Shown here: piece by piece, positions 47,964 through 58,726 of the stretch | How the letters are laid out: each line of letters begins with the position of its first letter | How positions within the stretch are numbered: the stretch's first letter is position 1 | Assembly: GCA_041499075.1 (NCBI GenBank) | Contig: JBGQJN010000001.1 | Span: forward strand, 10,388-74,387 | DNA: 64,000 nt | Direction of reading: 5' to 3' | Origin: Minisyncoccia bacterium | GTDB lineage: Bacteria > Patescibacteriota > Minisyncoccia > 2-02-FULL-40-12 > IGHO2-01-FULL-4-A | The notes under the pieces: generated by a model | The model's input: the letters and a program-made list of their open reading frames with translations, nothing else | What the model was told of the DNA's origin: nothing | Databases searched by the model: none | Translations under genes and position numbers: made by a program

Positions 47964-50900
47964 TTAAAACCCGGGATTAGCAGTACAATAAATAATCTTG
48001 GTTGCCCCGGCCTTGGTTTGATTATAACCTAGCTTAATATCGCTGTCTCCATTGCAAATAGTATGCGCGTTATCATCGTAAAGACACTCCCACTTGCGGA
48101 CATTATTAGTGCCATCACAACTTTTTTCAGGAGGCAGACAATTAGCACTGTCGGCACAGGCACCGGCAGCAGTCCATCCTCCATTATAACCGGCATAAAT
48201 ATTTCTGACTTGAGAACCGCAGGTTCCAGCGGCTATTACATTGATAAAGTTCGCGCCGATGCAGATACTCGCATCGGCATTTATGGGATTAGTTAGCCAA
48301 GCGCGCGTAACCATACATCTATTAAGAATGCTGTCCCAACGGCCTCCGGCAGCAGTACAACTTAGCGAGCTATTTTGAATTGGACAGCCTCGACTATTCT
48401 GGTTGGCGGTGTCAACGTTAAGCTGCATTAAACCGAATGAAGACGGTGGATTGTCAAATGATACCGCACCGACATTACAGGAAGATTCGGCCAATATTAT
48501 CGCTTTCAAAATATTAGCCGTCGCCGCTCCGTTGTTGGTACCATACTTATTAGCAGAAGCGGCATATTGGGCGCTACAGTTGCCGTTACTACATGCTGTT
48601 GATTGGCCCTGACAAAGATTTAAACTGCTAAACATGCAAATTGCTCCCGTTGTTGTTCCCGTTCCTGTCCCTGTGCCTGTTCCAGTTCCTGTCCCAGTAG
48701 TTGTCTGGCTGGGATTAGTACAAATAACCGTGTTCCAGTTTTGCCCAAATAAGCTATTGCCCGCAATAGATTTGAGTACGGAATTGGTGATCATCCATGC
48801 CGCAAAAATTATTATCAGCCCCCAAGTAGTATTTTTAAAAAACGTTTTGCCGGTCCCGACCCAGCCAGGATTGAATCCGCCGAGTAATATCATTGTTCCG
48901 GCGATCAGATACATCAGCACCGCGATTGCCGGCACAAGCGTGAAAAGAACAAAATTAATCACCCGGCTCAATAGAGCCAGGATATCGCATGGTTGGCATG
49001 GCTGAGCTTCAGCGGCAGTATAGCCAGGAATTGGAACAGGATTGCCGCTAGAATCAATGGCTGAATAGTGGCCGCAAGGTACCAATGATGTTTTAGTTCC
49101 CGCCGCGTTGGTAGTCGCACCCGTACCGGTCCCCGTCCCTGTACCTGTACCTGTACCTGTACCCGTGCCTGTCCCCGTACCCGTGGTAGCTGCCTGAGCA
49201 ATATTAGGTCCAAAGGCAATGTCCGCTGCCGCTTTTTGCGCAGGATTACTAGAATCGGTAGCTTCCACGCCAACGCCATTGGCAGGCACAGCGGCTTGGG
49301 CAATATTAATAATATTTCGAGGGAAATTTACGGCTATGGTCCCGGTAATTAACCCATCCGAACTTAAATTGAAACCAGTAGGTAAATTTCCGCGTATTAT
49401 CTTCCAGGTATAGGGTGCAGTTCCATTTTGAACTGTCAGTTGAGCCTGATAACTAGTTGCCTGCGCAACGTTAATGAGCTTAGACGGCGATTTGGGTGTT
49501 GCTAATGATATTGTTCTGCTTGTGTCAGGGATAAATAATGAGTTGCCGGGTATAGACAGGTCGGGCGAAGAAATCTTAAACCTAATGGTCGTCGATTTAT
49601 CAGCATTAGCGCCGACAAGCAACCATTCTACCCAAGAACCATTGAGACTGGCCTCATCGAATCCGGCCCAGCTATTCTCAAGTGACCAGTTGCCACCGCC
49701 ATCTGTGGTCAGCGGGGCAGCAATGCCTAAATCTCCGACCGGCGTACAGCCCAGAGAGCTGCCATTTTGTTCGGCGCATATCTGAAGTGTGGCGTTGGCA
49801 GGTGCACCCGTTAGATTAAGCCGCCAAGAATCTATATTCCAAAATCCGGGATTTCGAAATGGCTTGGTGATATTAGTAATCGTCAACTTAGGACCACAGG
49901 CTGAACCGCCGGTAAGGCCGCAAATGTAGTCACCCGCAGGCGTCAGTGTCGCGCTGGAATCATAGAGTCCGAACTGTCCGCCAGCATCAAGTAGATTCCA
50001 GACGAAAGCGTATTTGACTCCCGAGTCCACGGCCACTTGTGTCACGATTGCCACTTTACTTTCGATATCCTGCCTGCTTCCTTGATCAAAACCGTACTCA
50101 CCGATTACCAGATTGCCGGAATTCTTACCGGCAGAGGAGATAACACTTCTTATCAAACTGAGGTCGTTCCTTAATTGAGTGCCATCGTCGCCATTGTAAA
50201 GTGCGTTAATTGATTCGTAAGATGAATAGGAGTAATAGTCGGCGTTAACTGCCGGTATGACATCGTAGAGAACGCTTAGTAAACCCCGGTCTTTCAAATT
50301 ATGAACAATATTGAATTCCACGGCACTGAAAACATTGGAGGCACCAGATGATTTTATGCCTGCCGTGCGCGCATTGATCCATTTCTCGAAACCAGCCATA
50401 GAGTTCAGGTAGCTCGGGCAACCGGCAGCAGTAGCACCAAATGCCGCACCGCAATAGATGTCGTTATCACCCTCCCAGTTTGAAATGATAAATGTTTTGT
50501 TGGGATAATTGGTGGCCAGATAACTTGCAAAATTAGCATATTCGTTTTGAATACGCTGGGTATTAGCTGCTGTGAAAAAGCTAGGATTGAGATAATTCTT
50601 AGTAACACAATCAGCAAAAGAAACACCGTCATAAGCAGTAATCATAATCACATTAAAGTTTGGGTCGCTCAATAGTGTATTGAAATCCGCCCTCCGCGCT
50701 AAACTTGTAAGGGAAAAATTGCTAATGCAACTCCCGCCACCGTAATCCTTGTCTGATTGCGGACCCATTACTATTCTTACGTTTTTAGGTCCTAAATCCT
50801 GCAATAGCATATCACCAGCCTGCAGCATGCCACTAGGCTGATTGCTTATTCTGCCGGCCCAAAAATATGCCCCGACATTATTGGCAGTAAGGGCTAAGGA

Positions 50901-50978
50901 GTGTGTTATGCCAACAGAAAAGACTCCAACAACAATTAGGAGGGTAACCGCTAAGATTTTAGATGCATTATTATTCAA
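47964..50978 (-). CDS. Giant multidomain surface protein (1004 aa): GH5-like (clan GH-A) glycoside hydrolase, Ig-like/cadherin-like domain, (Thr-Gly)n linker, VirB2/TrbC-like two-helix module, second linker, C-terminal lytic transglycosylase (SLT) domain
   Basis: NWEGDND and GEYG catalytic-region motifs; GNLPTGFNLSSDGLITGT; two TGTGTG... linkers; FVLFTLVPAIAVLMYLIAGTMILLGG...WGLIIIFAAWMI; ILKAIILAESSCNVGAVSFDNPPSSFGLMQLN (SLT E-S...GLMQ motif). Confidence 0.6.
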   Translation of the reverse strand: MNNNASKILAVTLLIVVGVFSVGITHSLALTANNVGAYFWAGRISNQPSGMLQAGDMLLQDLGPKNVRIVMGPQSDKDYGGGSCISNFSLTSLARRADFNTLLSDPNFNVIMITAYDGVSFADCVTKNYLNPSFFTAANTQRIQNEYANFASYLATNYPNKTFIISNWEGDNDIYCGAAFGATAAGCPSYLNSMAGFEKWINARTAGIKSSGASNVFSAVEFNIVHNLKDRGLLSVLYDVIPAVNADYYSYSSYESINALYNGDDGTQLRNDLSLIRSVISSAGKNSGNLVIGEYGFDQGSRQDIESKVAIVTQVAVDSGVKYAFVWNLLDAGGQFGLYDSSATLTPAGDYICGLTGGSACGPKLTITNITKPFRNPGFWNIDSWRLNLTGAPANATLQICAEQNGSSLGCTPVGDLGIAAPLTTDGGGNWSLENSWAGFDEASLNGSWVEWLLVGANADKSTTIRFKISSPDLSIPGNSLFIPDTSRTISLATPKSPSKLINVAQATSYQAQLTVQNGTAPYTWKIIRGNLPTGFNLSSDGLITGTIAVNFPRNIINIAQAAVPANGVGVEATDSSNPAQKAAADIAFGPNIAQAATTGTGTGTGTGTGTGTGTGTGTGATTNAAGTKTSLVPCGHYSAIDSSGNPVPIPGYTAAEAQPCQPCDILALLSRVINFVLFTLVPAIAVLMYLIAGTMILLGGFNPGWVGTGKTFFKNTTWGLIIIFAAWMITNSVLKSIAGNSLFGQNWNTVICTNPSQTTTGTGTGTGTGTGTGTTTGAICMFSSLNLCQGQSTACSNGNCSAQYAASANKYGTNNGAATANILKAIILAESSCNVGAVSFDNPPSSFGLMQLNVDTANQNSRGCPIQNSSLSCTAAGGRWDSILNRCMVTRAWLTNPINADASICIGANFINVIAAGTCGSQVRNIYAGYNGGWTAAGACADSANCLPPEKSCDGTNNVRKWECLYDDNAHTICNGDSDIKLGYNQTKAGATKIIYCTANPGF

Positions 50979-52309
50979 GGGCCGTTTTGACTGCGTTGCA
51001 TTAAAACATTAACTTTATTTTGAGCGGAATCGAGAGCATCGCGGGCACTGGCGCGCCCAAAATTAACGTCATCTATCATGTTGGCAAATATGGTTTCGAT
51101 GGCAGAACTGTTAACTTGGTACCAGCATTTAGCCGAAAGGGCTTGCTCGGCAAAGACACCGATATCCGGCTGGCCCTTTTCTTGCTCAATCAGATCACGC
51201 CTGGCTGACGGGCGGCCGGAAGCCGTAAGATACAAGCCCGCACCTTTGGCCGAACTAAGGTAAACTAAAAATTTCCAGGCGGCAACCGCGTTTTTGGATT
51301 GTTTAGAAACTGTTGGCGCCCAATAATTTGCATAATTGACGGCAACTTGTGAACCGGCTATCTGCGGCATTGGCGCAATTCCGAAATTAAATCTTGCCGA
51401 TTTGGAACGGATTGTCGTAATCTCATGGGAATAATTGAACATCATTGCCGCATTGCCTCCGGCAAAGGCGTCAATTGAATATTGCTGTTGGTCGTTCCAG
51501 GTGTAAACCTGCTTGGTTGAGTTGGCAAAATCAGTGTAATACTGCAAAGCCGTTTCACCGACATTCTGGCCGCCTACTGAAAGCGCGAAAGCAGCGCTCC
51601 TGTGGCTATCGTCAGTCATTTTAACACCGCTTTGCATCATCAGAAGTCCCAGGATATCAGTCGAACGATTAATATTACTTGCTGTGCCAATAGCCGCTCC
51701 GGCTCTGACAATATTGCCGTGAGAATCAAGAACGGTGAGTTTTTTGACGTCATCATTAAATTCATCCCACGTCTTGGGCGGCTGAGCTATACCGGCAGTG
51801 TTAAAAAGATCTTTATTGTAGTAAAGCGCCATGCTGTCCATGTAAATCGGCAGGGCGTAGATTTGACTGTTTTGAGTCAAATCATTAAGCGCGCCGTCAA
51901 CAAACTGATCTTGGAATTGCTTAATCGTAAAGATGGACACTTTCGCGCCGCTAAGAACTTGCTGAGGCAAAGGCTGAATCTCGGCGATATGCTTGGGCAA
52001 CCAAGTGTTGTGCATCAGCCAGATATCCGGACCAGTACCGGCGGCAAAAGAATTTATCAGCTGACTTTCATAATCGGCGAAATTGAACTGCCTATAAGCA
52101 ATTCTGATACTGGGATTCGTCTTCTGGAAGTCAGTAATTGCGCTATTATAAAAACTAACATCATCATAAACACCCCAGAATTGTAAAGTTACGGACTGCG
52201 GCGCCGGCGGCGCGCCAAGACCTCCGAAAAAAAAGACCAAAATCAAAAGCAGGATCAGCACCACAAGGCCAGCGAGAGAACCGATTATGATTAGTTTAGT
52301 TTGGGACAT
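50975..52309 (-). CDS. ABC transporter extracellular solute-binding protein (carbohydrate family 1)
   Basis: N-terminal TM anchor, then VTLQFWGVYDD...; 444 aa. Confidence 0.7.
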   Translation of the reverse strand: MSQTKLIIIGSLAGLVVLILLLILVFFFGGLGAPPAPQSVTLQFWGVYDDVSFYNSAITDFQKTNPSIRIAYRQFNFADYESQLINSFAAGTGPDIWLMHNTWLPKHIAEIQPLPQQVLSGAKVSIFTIKQFQDQFVDGALNDLTQNSQIYALPIYMDSMALYYNKDLFNTAGIAQPPKTWDEFNDDVKKLTVLDSHGNIVRAGAAIGTASNINRSTDILGLLMMQSGVKMTDDSHRSAAFALSVGGQNVGETALQYYTDFANSTKQVYTWNDQQQYSIDAFAGGNAAMMFNYSHEITTIRSKSARFNFGIAPMPQIAGSQVAVNYANYWAPTVSKQSKNAVAAWKFLVYLSSAKGAGLYLTASGRPSARRDLIEQEKGQPDIGVFAEQALSAKCWYQVNSSAIETIFANMIDDVNFGRASARDALDSAQNKVNVLMQRSQNGP

Positions 52310-52334
52310 TAAAATTCAACTGCAGATCTACAGT

Positions 52335-52955
52335 TTAGATTTTCTTGAAAGTCATACCATAGTGAAATAGGCCGGCATCAATATCGCTTATATGTCCGAA
52401 GCCATGATTGAGAATCATCTGCCTCATCTCTTCTTGGTCGGTCCGAAGATCGTCCGGCGGGCCAAAACCGCCTGTACCCTTGCGCCAATCTATGACAACA
52501 ATGATCCCGCCGGGCTTGAGCACGCGCTTAGACTCGTCGATGATAGAAGGCTTATTTTTGTTCTGGAAAAGTATATTGGCCAGGATCGCCATATCCTGCG
52601 ACTCATTGGAAAGTCCGGAACTGCCGAGAACCTCAAGATTAGATCTAACCGTTTCAATGTTGCTCAAACCTTCCATCTTGGCTTTGGCGCGCAAAGTATC
52701 CAGGGCGTTATTCATGACATCCACCGCCGTGACAACGCCGCTATCACCAAGCATTTTAGCAATAATAATAGCAAAAAATCCCGCACCAGAACCGAAGTCA
52801 GCAATACGCATACCTTCGGTTACACCAAAACCGGCCGCTACCTTTTGCGGATCTATAAACCCCCCGCTTCCAGGTACGTGTTGAGCAGGAGTAAAACCAG
52901 TTGTGTTCAACTGCATTTCTATACTTCTAATTTTAGCACTGCTAGCTTTCAACAA
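52335..52955 (-). CDS. Class I SAM-dependent methyltransferase
   Basis: IADFGSGAGFFAI (motif I) ... LKPGGIIVVIDW. Confidence 0.7.
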   Translation of the reverse strand: MLKASSAKIRSIEMQLNTTGFTPAQHVPGSGGFIDPQKVAAGFGVTEGMRIADFGSGAGFFAIIIAKMLGDSGVVTAVDVMNNALDTLRAKAKMEGLSNIETVRSNLEVLGSSGLSNESQDMAILANILFQNKNKPSIIDESKRVLKPGGIIVVIDWRKGTGGFGPPDDLRTDQEEMRQMILNHGFGHISDIDAGLFHYGMTFKKI

Positions 52956-52996
52956 AAAGCCGCGTTGTTCACAACGTGGCTTTTCTAAATCTTAAT

Positions 52997-55438
52997 TTAA
53001 ACTACCACTACCGATGCGACGGCGTCGCCGGTATCAAGTTTCATGATACGCACACCCTGGGTGGCGCGGCTTAATACGGAGATACTGCCAAGTTCTGTCC
53101 TGATTACTACGCCCTTGCCCGAAACAGCGATAATTTCTTTGTCCTCCTCGCTTGTCACGTGTGCTGATACTATATCTCCGGTCTTGGCCGTAATCTTGGC
53201 GGTTAAGATACCTTTGCCGCCGCGTCGCTGCAGACGATACGAGTTGACGTCCGTCCGCTTACCATAGCCATGCGCCATGACTACAAGCAATTCCAAACCT
53301 TTCTGCTGGTTAGTATTCGCCGGAATGACATCAGCACCGACAATCTTGGCACCGGCATCAAGGCGCATGCCGATCACGCCGCCAGCACCGCGGCCCATAG
53401 GCCTGACATCTTTTTCTTTAAAACGCACGGCTGAACCGTCGGACGTCACCAACATGATTTCGTCAGAGCCGGAACTGGTCCTGACCCACTTGAGTTCGTC
53501 ATCTTTTTTAAGCTTTATCGCCACCATGCCCGAGCGACGCACTTGAGAAAATTCATCAATGGCAACTTTCTTGATGATGCCGTTAGCCGTGACCATAACC
53601 AGATACTTATCCTTGAGTTCTTTAGATATCGGGATGATTGCCGTAATCAAGTCACTTGGCGAGGTATTGAGGAAGTTAACTATGGCTTTGCCTTTGGTCT
53701 GACGCGATGTTTCCGGCACCTCGTAACCTTTAGTATTGTAAATTTTACCGGAGTTAGTGAAAAACATCAGGCTGTCATGCGTATTGGCAACGAAAAAATG
53801 CCTGACTGCGTCTTCTTCTTTGGTAGCCATGCCGACCAAACCTTTGCCGCCTCTTTTTTGCGAACGCAAAGTATCCGGCGGAATGCGCTTGATATAGCCG
53901 CCGTAAGTCATCATAAAAAGCGATTCTTCGTCAGGTATAAGCTCTTCTTCTCCGATTTCCTTAAGCGCCGATTTAATAATATTCGTCCTGCGCTGGTCGC
54001 TGTATTTAGTCTTGATCTCGTGGAACTCATCCTTGACTATGCCCAGGACTTTTTTAGGATGCGCCAGTAAATCTTCAAGGGAAGTAATCAATATCTTTTT
54101 TTCTTTGAGTTCATCTTCAACCTTTTTACGCTCAAGTCCGGCAAGCGCCTGTAAACGCATCTCTAGAATTGCCGCCGATTGTTTGTCTGAAAATTTGAAA
54201 GTTTTAATTAGATTCCGGAAGGCCTCTTCCTTGGATTCTGATTTCTTAATGAGTTTAATGATCTCATCAATATGATCAAGTGCTTTTTTAAGCCCTTCCA
54301 ATATATGCGCCCGCTCCTGCGCCTTGTGCAGGTCATACTGGCTGCGCCTGCGGACTATAATCTGGCGATGTTCAATAAATTTACCAAGCATACTTTTGAG
54401 ATCCAAAATCTGCGGCTGTATGCCGTCAACCAGGGCAAGAATGTTAACATGGAAAGATTTCTGTAGTTCGGTGTACTTGAAAAGCTGGTTTAAAACTTTG
54501 CGCGGATAGGCATCCTGCTTGAGATCTATGGCTATACGCAGGCCTTCTCTGTCTGATTCGTCGCGTATATCCTTGATACCGTCTACTTTTTTCTCTTTAA
54601 CCAGGTCGGCAATTTTTATGATTAATTCCGCTTTATTAACCTGGTAAGGAATTTCCGTAACAATTATCTGGAATCCTCTTTTTTCGGATTCTACTATTTC
54701 AGTCTTAGCACGCATAATAATCGGTCCTTTGCCCGTTGCGTAGGCATTCAAAATATCACGCTCGTTATAGATCGTGCCGCCAGTCGGAAAATCCGGACCT
54801 TTGACGAATTGCATAAGATCACTGACATCAGAATCTGGATTATCAATCAAGTGGATAAGCCCGTCTAAAACTTCGCCTAGATTGTGAGGCGGGATGTTGG
54901 TCGCCATACCGACGGCAATACCCATTGAGCCGTTAATGAGCAGATTAGGAACTCGTGTCGGTAAGATTGTCGGCTCCTGTGCCGTACCGTCAAAATTATC
55001 CCTGAAATCCACGGTCTCCTTATCAATATCGGCAAGAAGATATTCCGATATCGGAGCAAGCTTAGCTTCGGTGTACCTGTATGCCGCGGCACGATCGCCG
55101 TCAACACTGCCGAAGTTGCCTTGGCCGTCAACCAAGGGATAACGCAGAGAAAAATCTTGCGCCATGCGAACCATGGAATCGTAAGCGGCAGAATCACCAT
55201 GGGGATGGTACCGGCCAAGCACATAACCGACTACTGTGGCTGATTTGCGGTATTTTGCCTGTGGCCGCAGTCCCATTTCGTGCATAGAATACAAAATCCT
55301 CCGGTGAACCGGCTTGAGTCCGTCTCGCACGTCAGGCAGGGCTCGGTCAACGATCACGCTCATTGCGTAATCAAGGAACGACTCCTGCATCTCCTGCACG
55401 ATTTCCCGAGGTTTGATTGTACCAGCTAAAACAGCCAT
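52997..55438 (-). CDS. gyrA: DNA gyrase subunit A
   Basis: [27 protein letters not shown] and the active-site Tyr region; 813 aa. Confidence 0.95.
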   Translation of the reverse strand: MAVLAGTIKPREIVQEMQESFLDYAMSVIVDRALPDVRDGLKPVHRRILYSMHEMGLRPQAKYRKSATVVGYVLGRYHPHGDSAAYDSMVRMAQDFSLRYPLVDGQGNFGSVDGDRAAAYRYTEAKLAPISEYLLADIDKETVDFRDNFDGTAQEPTILPTRVPNLLINGSMGIAVGMATNIPPHNLGEVLDGLIHLIDNPDSDVSDLMQFVKGPDFPTGGTIYNERDILNAYATGKGPIIMRAKTEIVESEKRGFQIIVTEIPYQVNKAELIIKIADLVKEKKVDGIKDIRDESDREGLRIAIDLKQDAYPRKVLNQLFKYTELQKSFHVNILALVDGIQPQILDLKSMLGKFIEHRQIIVRRRSQYDLHKAQERAHILEGLKKALDHIDEIIKLIKKSESKEEAFRNLIKTFKFSDKQSAAILEMRLQALAGLERKKVEDELKEKKILITSLEDLLAHPKKVLGIVKDEFHEIKTKYSDQRRTNIIKSALKEIGEEELIPDEESLFMMTYGGYIKRIPPDTLRSQKRGGKGLVGMATKEEDAVRHFFVANTHDSLMFFTNSGKIYNTKGYEVPETSRQTKGKAIVNFLNTSPSDLITAIIPISKELKDKYLVMVTANGIIKKVAIDEFSQVRRSGMVAIKLKKDDELKWVRTSSGSDEIMLVTSDGSAVRFKEKDVRPMGRGAGGVIGMRLDAGAKIVGADVIPANTNQQKGLELLVVMAHGYGKRTDVNSYRLQRRGGKGILTAKITAKTGDIVSAHVTSEEDKEIIAVSGKGVVIRTELGSISVLSRATQGVRIMKLDTGDAVASVVVV

Positions 55439-55516
55439 TAAAAAAAGTTATAAGCTATAGGCCTTAAGCCATGTTAAGTGGCTTGTTGCCTACAGCTTAT
55501 AGCTTATGGTCCATAG

Positions 55517-55873
55517 TTAATCTGATAAAGGTAATTTTTTCGGCGGCACTATTTCTGTTTGGGTGTTTTGCCCATTATTGATGTCTAAACTTGCCGGTTT
55601 ACCACTAATAAGTTCTGAAATGTTCGCCTGTAGATCCTTGAACGAATTGAAAATCGTAGCAAATGGTGATGGCTGTTTTGGTTTATTACTGTCGGCCAGC
55701 GCCTGGTCTTGGGCGGTTTCAGGATGCAGTAAGGCCACAAACTGCTTGCTAGTTGAACGGAACCAAACAAAACCGATCACCGAAAAACAAATCACGACCA
55801 TGAGCCACATGAAAACATGGCGGATATGTTCTGGCTGTTGTCGGATTTCTTCAAGTAAGCTTTTCATAAACAA
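55517..55873 (-). CDS. Hypothetical membrane protein (118 aa)
   Basis: One TM helix; ORF only. Confidence 0.35.
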   Translation of the reverse strand: MFMKSLLEEIRQQPEHIRHVFMWLMVVICFSVIGFVWFRSTSKQFVALLHPETAQDQALADSNKPKQPSPFATIFNSFKDLQANISELISGKPASLDINNGQNTQTEIVPPKKLPLSD

Positions 55874-55875
55874 AT

Positions 55876-56511
55876 TTACATTTTAAACATTACCAATTTG
55901 ATTTCCTCCGTTGGCAGATTTTTTGCCGCGATCTTGAAAATGTCTACTTCTTCCGGCTTAAGCCCAATCTCTTTCAAAAATTTCTGCGGGCTATCAATAT
56001 CTACATTGAGTCCAGTGACTTTGTAATGCATTGGAATGATTATTTTGGGCTCTATTTGTTTCACTATCTCCGCCGCCTCCTTGCCGTCAATGGTATATTT
56101 GCCACCCACGGGAATAAACAAAATATCTATATCGCCGATCGCTTCAACTTGTTCGTCGGTCAGCTTGGCCTGGCCGAAGTCCCCCATGTGGCACAGTCTC
56201 ATATCTTCCATCCTGATTACGTAAATCGTATTCAGGCCGCGTTCGGTGCCTTGCATGTTATCATGATACGACATAATGCCTTCGACATAAACCCCCGACT
56301 TTTCATATTCGCCAGGTCCGCGTACGACAAATGCCTCTGGCGGTACGCCCTCCACATTATTATGGTCATAGTGCTCGTGGCTGACAAGAAAGACATTGTC
56401 ATTCAGGCGCGGTACGCGCAGGCCAATATCCTTGGAAAATGGGTCTATTAGGACACTTACTCCCTTGGATTCCAGACGAAAACACGATTGTCCGTACCAA
56501 CTGATGGTCAT
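55876..56511 (-). CDS. MBL-fold metallo-hydrolase
   Basis: HEHYDHNN (HxHxDH) motif. Confidence 0.75.
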   Translation of the reverse strand: MTISWYGQSCFRLESKGVSVLIDPFSKDIGLRVPRLNDNVFLVSHEHYDHNNVEGVPPEAFVVRGPGEYEKSGVYVEGIMSYHDNMQGTERGLNTIYVIRMEDMRLCHMGDFGQAKLTDEQVEAIGDIDILFIPVGGKYTIDGKEAAEIVKQIEPKIIIPMHYKVTGLNVDIDSPQKFLKEIGLKPEEVDIFKIAAKNLPTEEIKLVMFKM

Positions 56512-56595
56512 ACACTAATTATAGCAAAATAATGACGACCTATCAACTACCTGGGAAGCATTGCGTTTTTTATTTTTTATGCTAAAATCAGATTA

Positions 56596-56844
56596 ATGAA
56601 AGCTAGTATACATCCACAATATTATGAGGCGACAGTACACTGCGCCTGCGGCAATAAATGGAAAACCGGCTCAACTATGCCGGAAATTAGCGTGGAAATA
56701 TGCAGTAACTGCCATCCATTTTACACCGGCAAAGAGAAGCTTTTGGATGCTCGCGGCCGGGTAGATAAGTTCAAAAAACGTATGAGCAAGTCCGAAGAAA
56801 TCATAAAAACCAAGGCTGCCAAGAAACCCCGCACCAAAAAGTAA
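56596..56844 (+). CDS. rpmE: Ribosomal protein L31
   Basis: [22 protein letters not shown]...[11 protein letters not shown]. Confidence 0.9.
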   Translation: MKASIHPQYYEATVHCACGNKWKTGSTMPEISVEICSNCHPFYTGKEKLLDARGRVDKFKKRMSKSEEIIKTKAAKKPRTKK

Positions 56845-56847
56845 TTG

Positions 56848-56925
56848 ACGAGCACTTCGCCAGCTCAGCATAAACTCCGGCGAGGAAGTACTGAGGCTAG
56901 CAGGCCGAACGTGCCGCTCGCTTAT
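56848..56925 (+). repeat. Intergenic repeat family 2 copy directly after rpmE stop
   Basis: TTGACGAGCACTTCGCCAGCTCAGCATAAACTCCGGCGAGGAAGTACTGAGGCTAGCAGGCCGAACGTGCCGCTCGC. Confidence 0.6.
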
Positions 56926-56929
56926 CCGA

Positions 56930-57820
56930 ATGCCGACTACCGAAGAACTAAAAAAAGAACTTGAAGAGATCCAAAAACAACTCGCTGATGCCGAGTTTGT
57001 TTTAGATTACAAACGAGTGGTTGAAGCATCTAAACGCTATGCTGAGATCGAACGACTGCTCTCTGGCGGCCCTTCGACAAGCTCAGGGCAAGTCCGGTCA
57101 GAGGTTATTGTAGAAATCCGCGCCGGTACCGGCGGTGAGGAGGCGGCACTTTTTGCCAACACTCTTTTTGAAATGTACAAAAAATACGCCATACTCCAAG
57201 GCTGGCGGTTGGATGTGCTTGATTACAGCCGCACTACAATCGGCGGTTACAAAAATATTACTTTTGAAACTTCCGGCAAAGATGCTGGCACAAAAATGCT
57301 ATATGAATCAGGCGTGCATCGCGTTCAGCGTATTCCCGAGACGGAAAAAAGCGGCCGGGTACATACCTCAACGGTCACCGTGGCAGTCCTGCCCAAGGCT
57401 AAAGAAAGTGAGATTGAGATAAAACCTGATGATATTGAGATGTCCGCTTACCGTTCCGGCGGTCCGGGCGGTCAAAATGTTAACAAGGTATCCACCGCCG
57501 TCAGAATTCTGCACAAGCCGTCAGGCATCGTTGTCAGCTCGCAAGAGGAACGCTCGCAGGCGCGCAATAAGGAGCGGGCCCTTGATATTCTGCGTGCAAA
57601 GTTGTTAGATATCAAAAGAAGCCGTGAAGTCGGTGTTGTCACCGAAGAACGGCGCAAACAAATAGGTTCGGCCGAGAGAGCAGAAAAGATCCGGACTTAC
57701 AACTTCCCCCAAGACCGCATCACCGACCACCGCATCAAAAAAAGCTGGGGTAACATAGAAAAAATACTTAACGGCTACCTGGAACCAATAACTGAAGAAT
57801 TAAGCAAACAACTAAAATGA
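56930..57820 (+). CDS. prfA: Peptide chain release factor 1-like (short, 296 aa)
   Basis: GGQ motif ([12 protein letters not shown]) and a PxT-type tripeptide (RIPETE) rather than SPF. Confidence 0.75.
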   Translation: MPTTEELKKELEEIQKQLADAEFVLDYKRVVEASKRYAEIERLLSGGPSTSSGQVRSEVIVEIRAGTGGEEAALFANTLFEMYKKYAILQGWRLDVLDYSRTTIGGYKNITFETSGKDAGTKMLYESGVHRVQRIPETEKSGRVHTSTVTVAVLPKAKESEIEIKPDDIEMSAYRSGGPGGQNVNKVSTAVRILHKPSGIVVSSQEERSQARNKERALDILRAKLLDIKRSREVGVVTEERRKQIGSAERAEKIRTYNFPQDRITDHRIKKSWGNIEKILNGYLEPITEELSKQLK

Positions 57821-58332
57821 CAGAGTATCAACCGGAATTAATGACTCCGCCAGACAATAAATACCCGGGTAGCGGGCCGGTCTTTGAAGCCGGACCAGGC
57901 TGGGGCAAAAAGCTAAATGAGTGGTTTAAGAAAAATTTTGCTAAATGGATTCTACCGGTAGTGGGAGCTGTGATCATAGCTGCCATCATATTAAATCTTT
58001 ACAAAAATAATCCCGGGGCAACGGCGACGCCAACTGTTGCCAATACCAACTTGATCTCACAGCCGGTGCAAAAGGGTGACAGCCGCACACTTGTAGCACG
58101 CCATGCTTTGGCCCAATATCTACAGATGAATCCTGATCAATCCCTTACAAACGGCCAGAAACTATTCATAGAAGAAGTACTTAGACGCAAAATAGATGCC
58201 AAACCCCTGGCTGTCGGCACAACAATTGAATTCAGCGTATCTGACATCGAATCTGCTATTTCCCAGGCCAAGCAACTCGCCCCCTCCACTCTTGCTAAAT
58301 GGGAAATCTACGCCAAAAACGTTAGGTTTTAG
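57817..58332 (+). CDS. Hypothetical membrane protein (171 aa)
   Basis: One TM helix; ORF only. Confidence 0.35.
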   Translation: MTEYQPELMTPPDNKYPGSGPVFEAGPGWGKKLNEWFKKNFAKWILPVVGAVIIAAIILNLYKNNPGATATPTVANTNLISQPVQKGDSRTLVARHALAQYLQMNPDQSLTNGQKLFIEEVLRRKIDAKPLAVGTTIEFSVSDIESAISQAKQLAPSTLAKWEIYAKNVRF

Positions 58333-58385
58333 TTGTAATCAAAAATTAAAAACTAGCTTAGCAAAAACTTTTTAGTACGGTTGCG

Positions 58386-58469
58386 CACGTGCGTTTTGCT
58401 GGCCCTTCGGGACAGGCGCAAAACACACGTGCCTCCACCTACTGGAACATCCTTTGATTGGTAATTAGG
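58386..58469 (+). repeat. Intergenic repeat family 3, copy 2 (inverted relative to copy 1)
   Basis: agtacggttgcgcacgtgcgttttgctggcccttcgggacaggcgcaaaacacacgtgcctccacctactggaacatcctttg. Confidence 0.6.
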
Positions 58470-58540
58470 CAAGTTAAAAAAACCACCGACTGGTGTCGGT
58501 TTGTGGTTTTTAATTTTTGATTACAATGAAACAGGAGCGA

Positions 58541-58700
58541 GGCTGGGTAGTGCTTTGTGGGTATTCCAGCGAGCAGATTGCTTGGTTAATTTTTGATACA
58601 ATTTTTCCTCATCAAAAATTAAATCTGTGAGATGAAATAGCGGAGCCGCCGCTGGAGCGGCGGAGCGTACCAAAAAAGCACTACCCTGCCGAGCGCTACT
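58541..58700 (-). repeat. Intergenic repeat family 1, diverged copy C
   Basis: ...gaaatagcggagccgccgctggagcggcggagcgtacc...taccctgccgagcgctact parallels the 3' half of copies A and B. The 5' part gggtagtgctttgtgggtattccagcgag parallels gggtaccctctgggggattccaaaattg. Confidence 0.5.
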
Positions 58701-58726
58701 TTTTATTTCTGCACAAATGGCGGCAA

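Noticed and set aside
44950-49190. Periodic short repeats that could be mistaken for a CRISPR array
   Set aside because: They are in-frame 6-nt coding repeats (Gly-Thr linkers) inside long ORFs, with no repeat-spacer architecture of 25-40-nt repeats and no cas genes.
44173-50978. Calling the cluster a type IV secretion system
   Set aside because: Only VirB2-like and VirB1-like (SLT) modules are visible, and no VirB4/VirB6/VirD4 ATPase or channel genes occur in the window. The cluster is described as a pilin-like module family instead.
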